DNA from: Emiliania huxleyi CCMP1516
Lineage: Eukaryota
DNA: 55,145 nt
Assembly: GCF_000372725.1 (NCBI RefSeq)
Contig: NW_005202428.1
Coordinates: 310,001 to 365,145, forward strand
Reading direction: 5' to 3'
This document shows, in pieces, positions 54,814-55,145 of this stretch. The position numbers and the translations under genes are program-made. How positions within the stretch are numbered: the first letter of the stretch is position 1; every line of letters begins with the position of its first letter. Under the pieces are notes generated by a model, which was given only the letters and a program-made list of their open reading frames with translations, was not told where the DNA came from and did no database searches.

Positions 54814-55145
54814 CTGATCTCGGGTGATCTCCGGTGATCTTCTGTGATCTCTCGTGATCTCCCGTGACCTATGGTGTACCTCCGTGACCTTATGGGTTCT
54901 TGGGTTTATCTCCCCTGGTTTTTTTGTTTATCCTGGTTTTTCTTTCGTTGTCTCCCCTTTTCCCCTCGTGCCCTTATAGTAGTGTTCCTCCTTCGGGACC
55001 GTCTTCCTTTGGCCCGAAATTGTCTTCCTTTTGTTGCATATTTTGGTATTATCTTATGTGAATTTTCGCCCTGTGTCCCTCTTTTTTTTTCCTTTGCTAA
55101 TCTTTGCGGATATCTCGCGCCTTTTTTTTTTTTTTTTCCCCCCCT

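Noticed and set aside
54830..55145. T-rich terminal stretch
   Set aside because: Gradual decay of the satellite into T-rich noise fits a low-quality read end, not a telomere or foreign DNA.

Overview
GC-rich eukaryotic genomic scaffold with four N-gaps and low-quality ends. The GC-AG introns packed with 10-11 bp satellites (e.g. AGGAAGTGTCT) strongly suggest the haptophyte Emiliania (Gephyrocapsa) huxleyi or a close relative (inference). Most entries in the ORF track are satellite or antisense noise, so genes had to be spliced by eye. Genes: an ankyrin-RING protein; a bacterial-like GNAT; a CS-like low-complexity protein; a TM-HET/TIR-like-LRR protein; an At3g63330-like Ser/Thr kinase; a Pmp-like beta-helix surface protein built from exon+intron modules; an NCL/EF-CAX Ca2+ exchanger; and a ~13 kb NRPS-like reductase gene. 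That gene splices as degenerate TE-A-T-T-R fused in frame to a ~7-TM domain, and its A domain resembles the glycine-betaine-reductase type. The second main signal is intron architecture: many introns are bounded by duplications of the AG|GT or AG|GC junction and filled by satellites, a shared filler motif, or a SINE-like element whose tail supplies the 3' splice site. This suggests an intron-generating system. Also present: LINE 3' ends, and a nested RLE-LINE / Harbinger-like MITE / SINE with intact TSDs. All splicing and homology calls are by eye and need RNA-seq and HMM confirmation.
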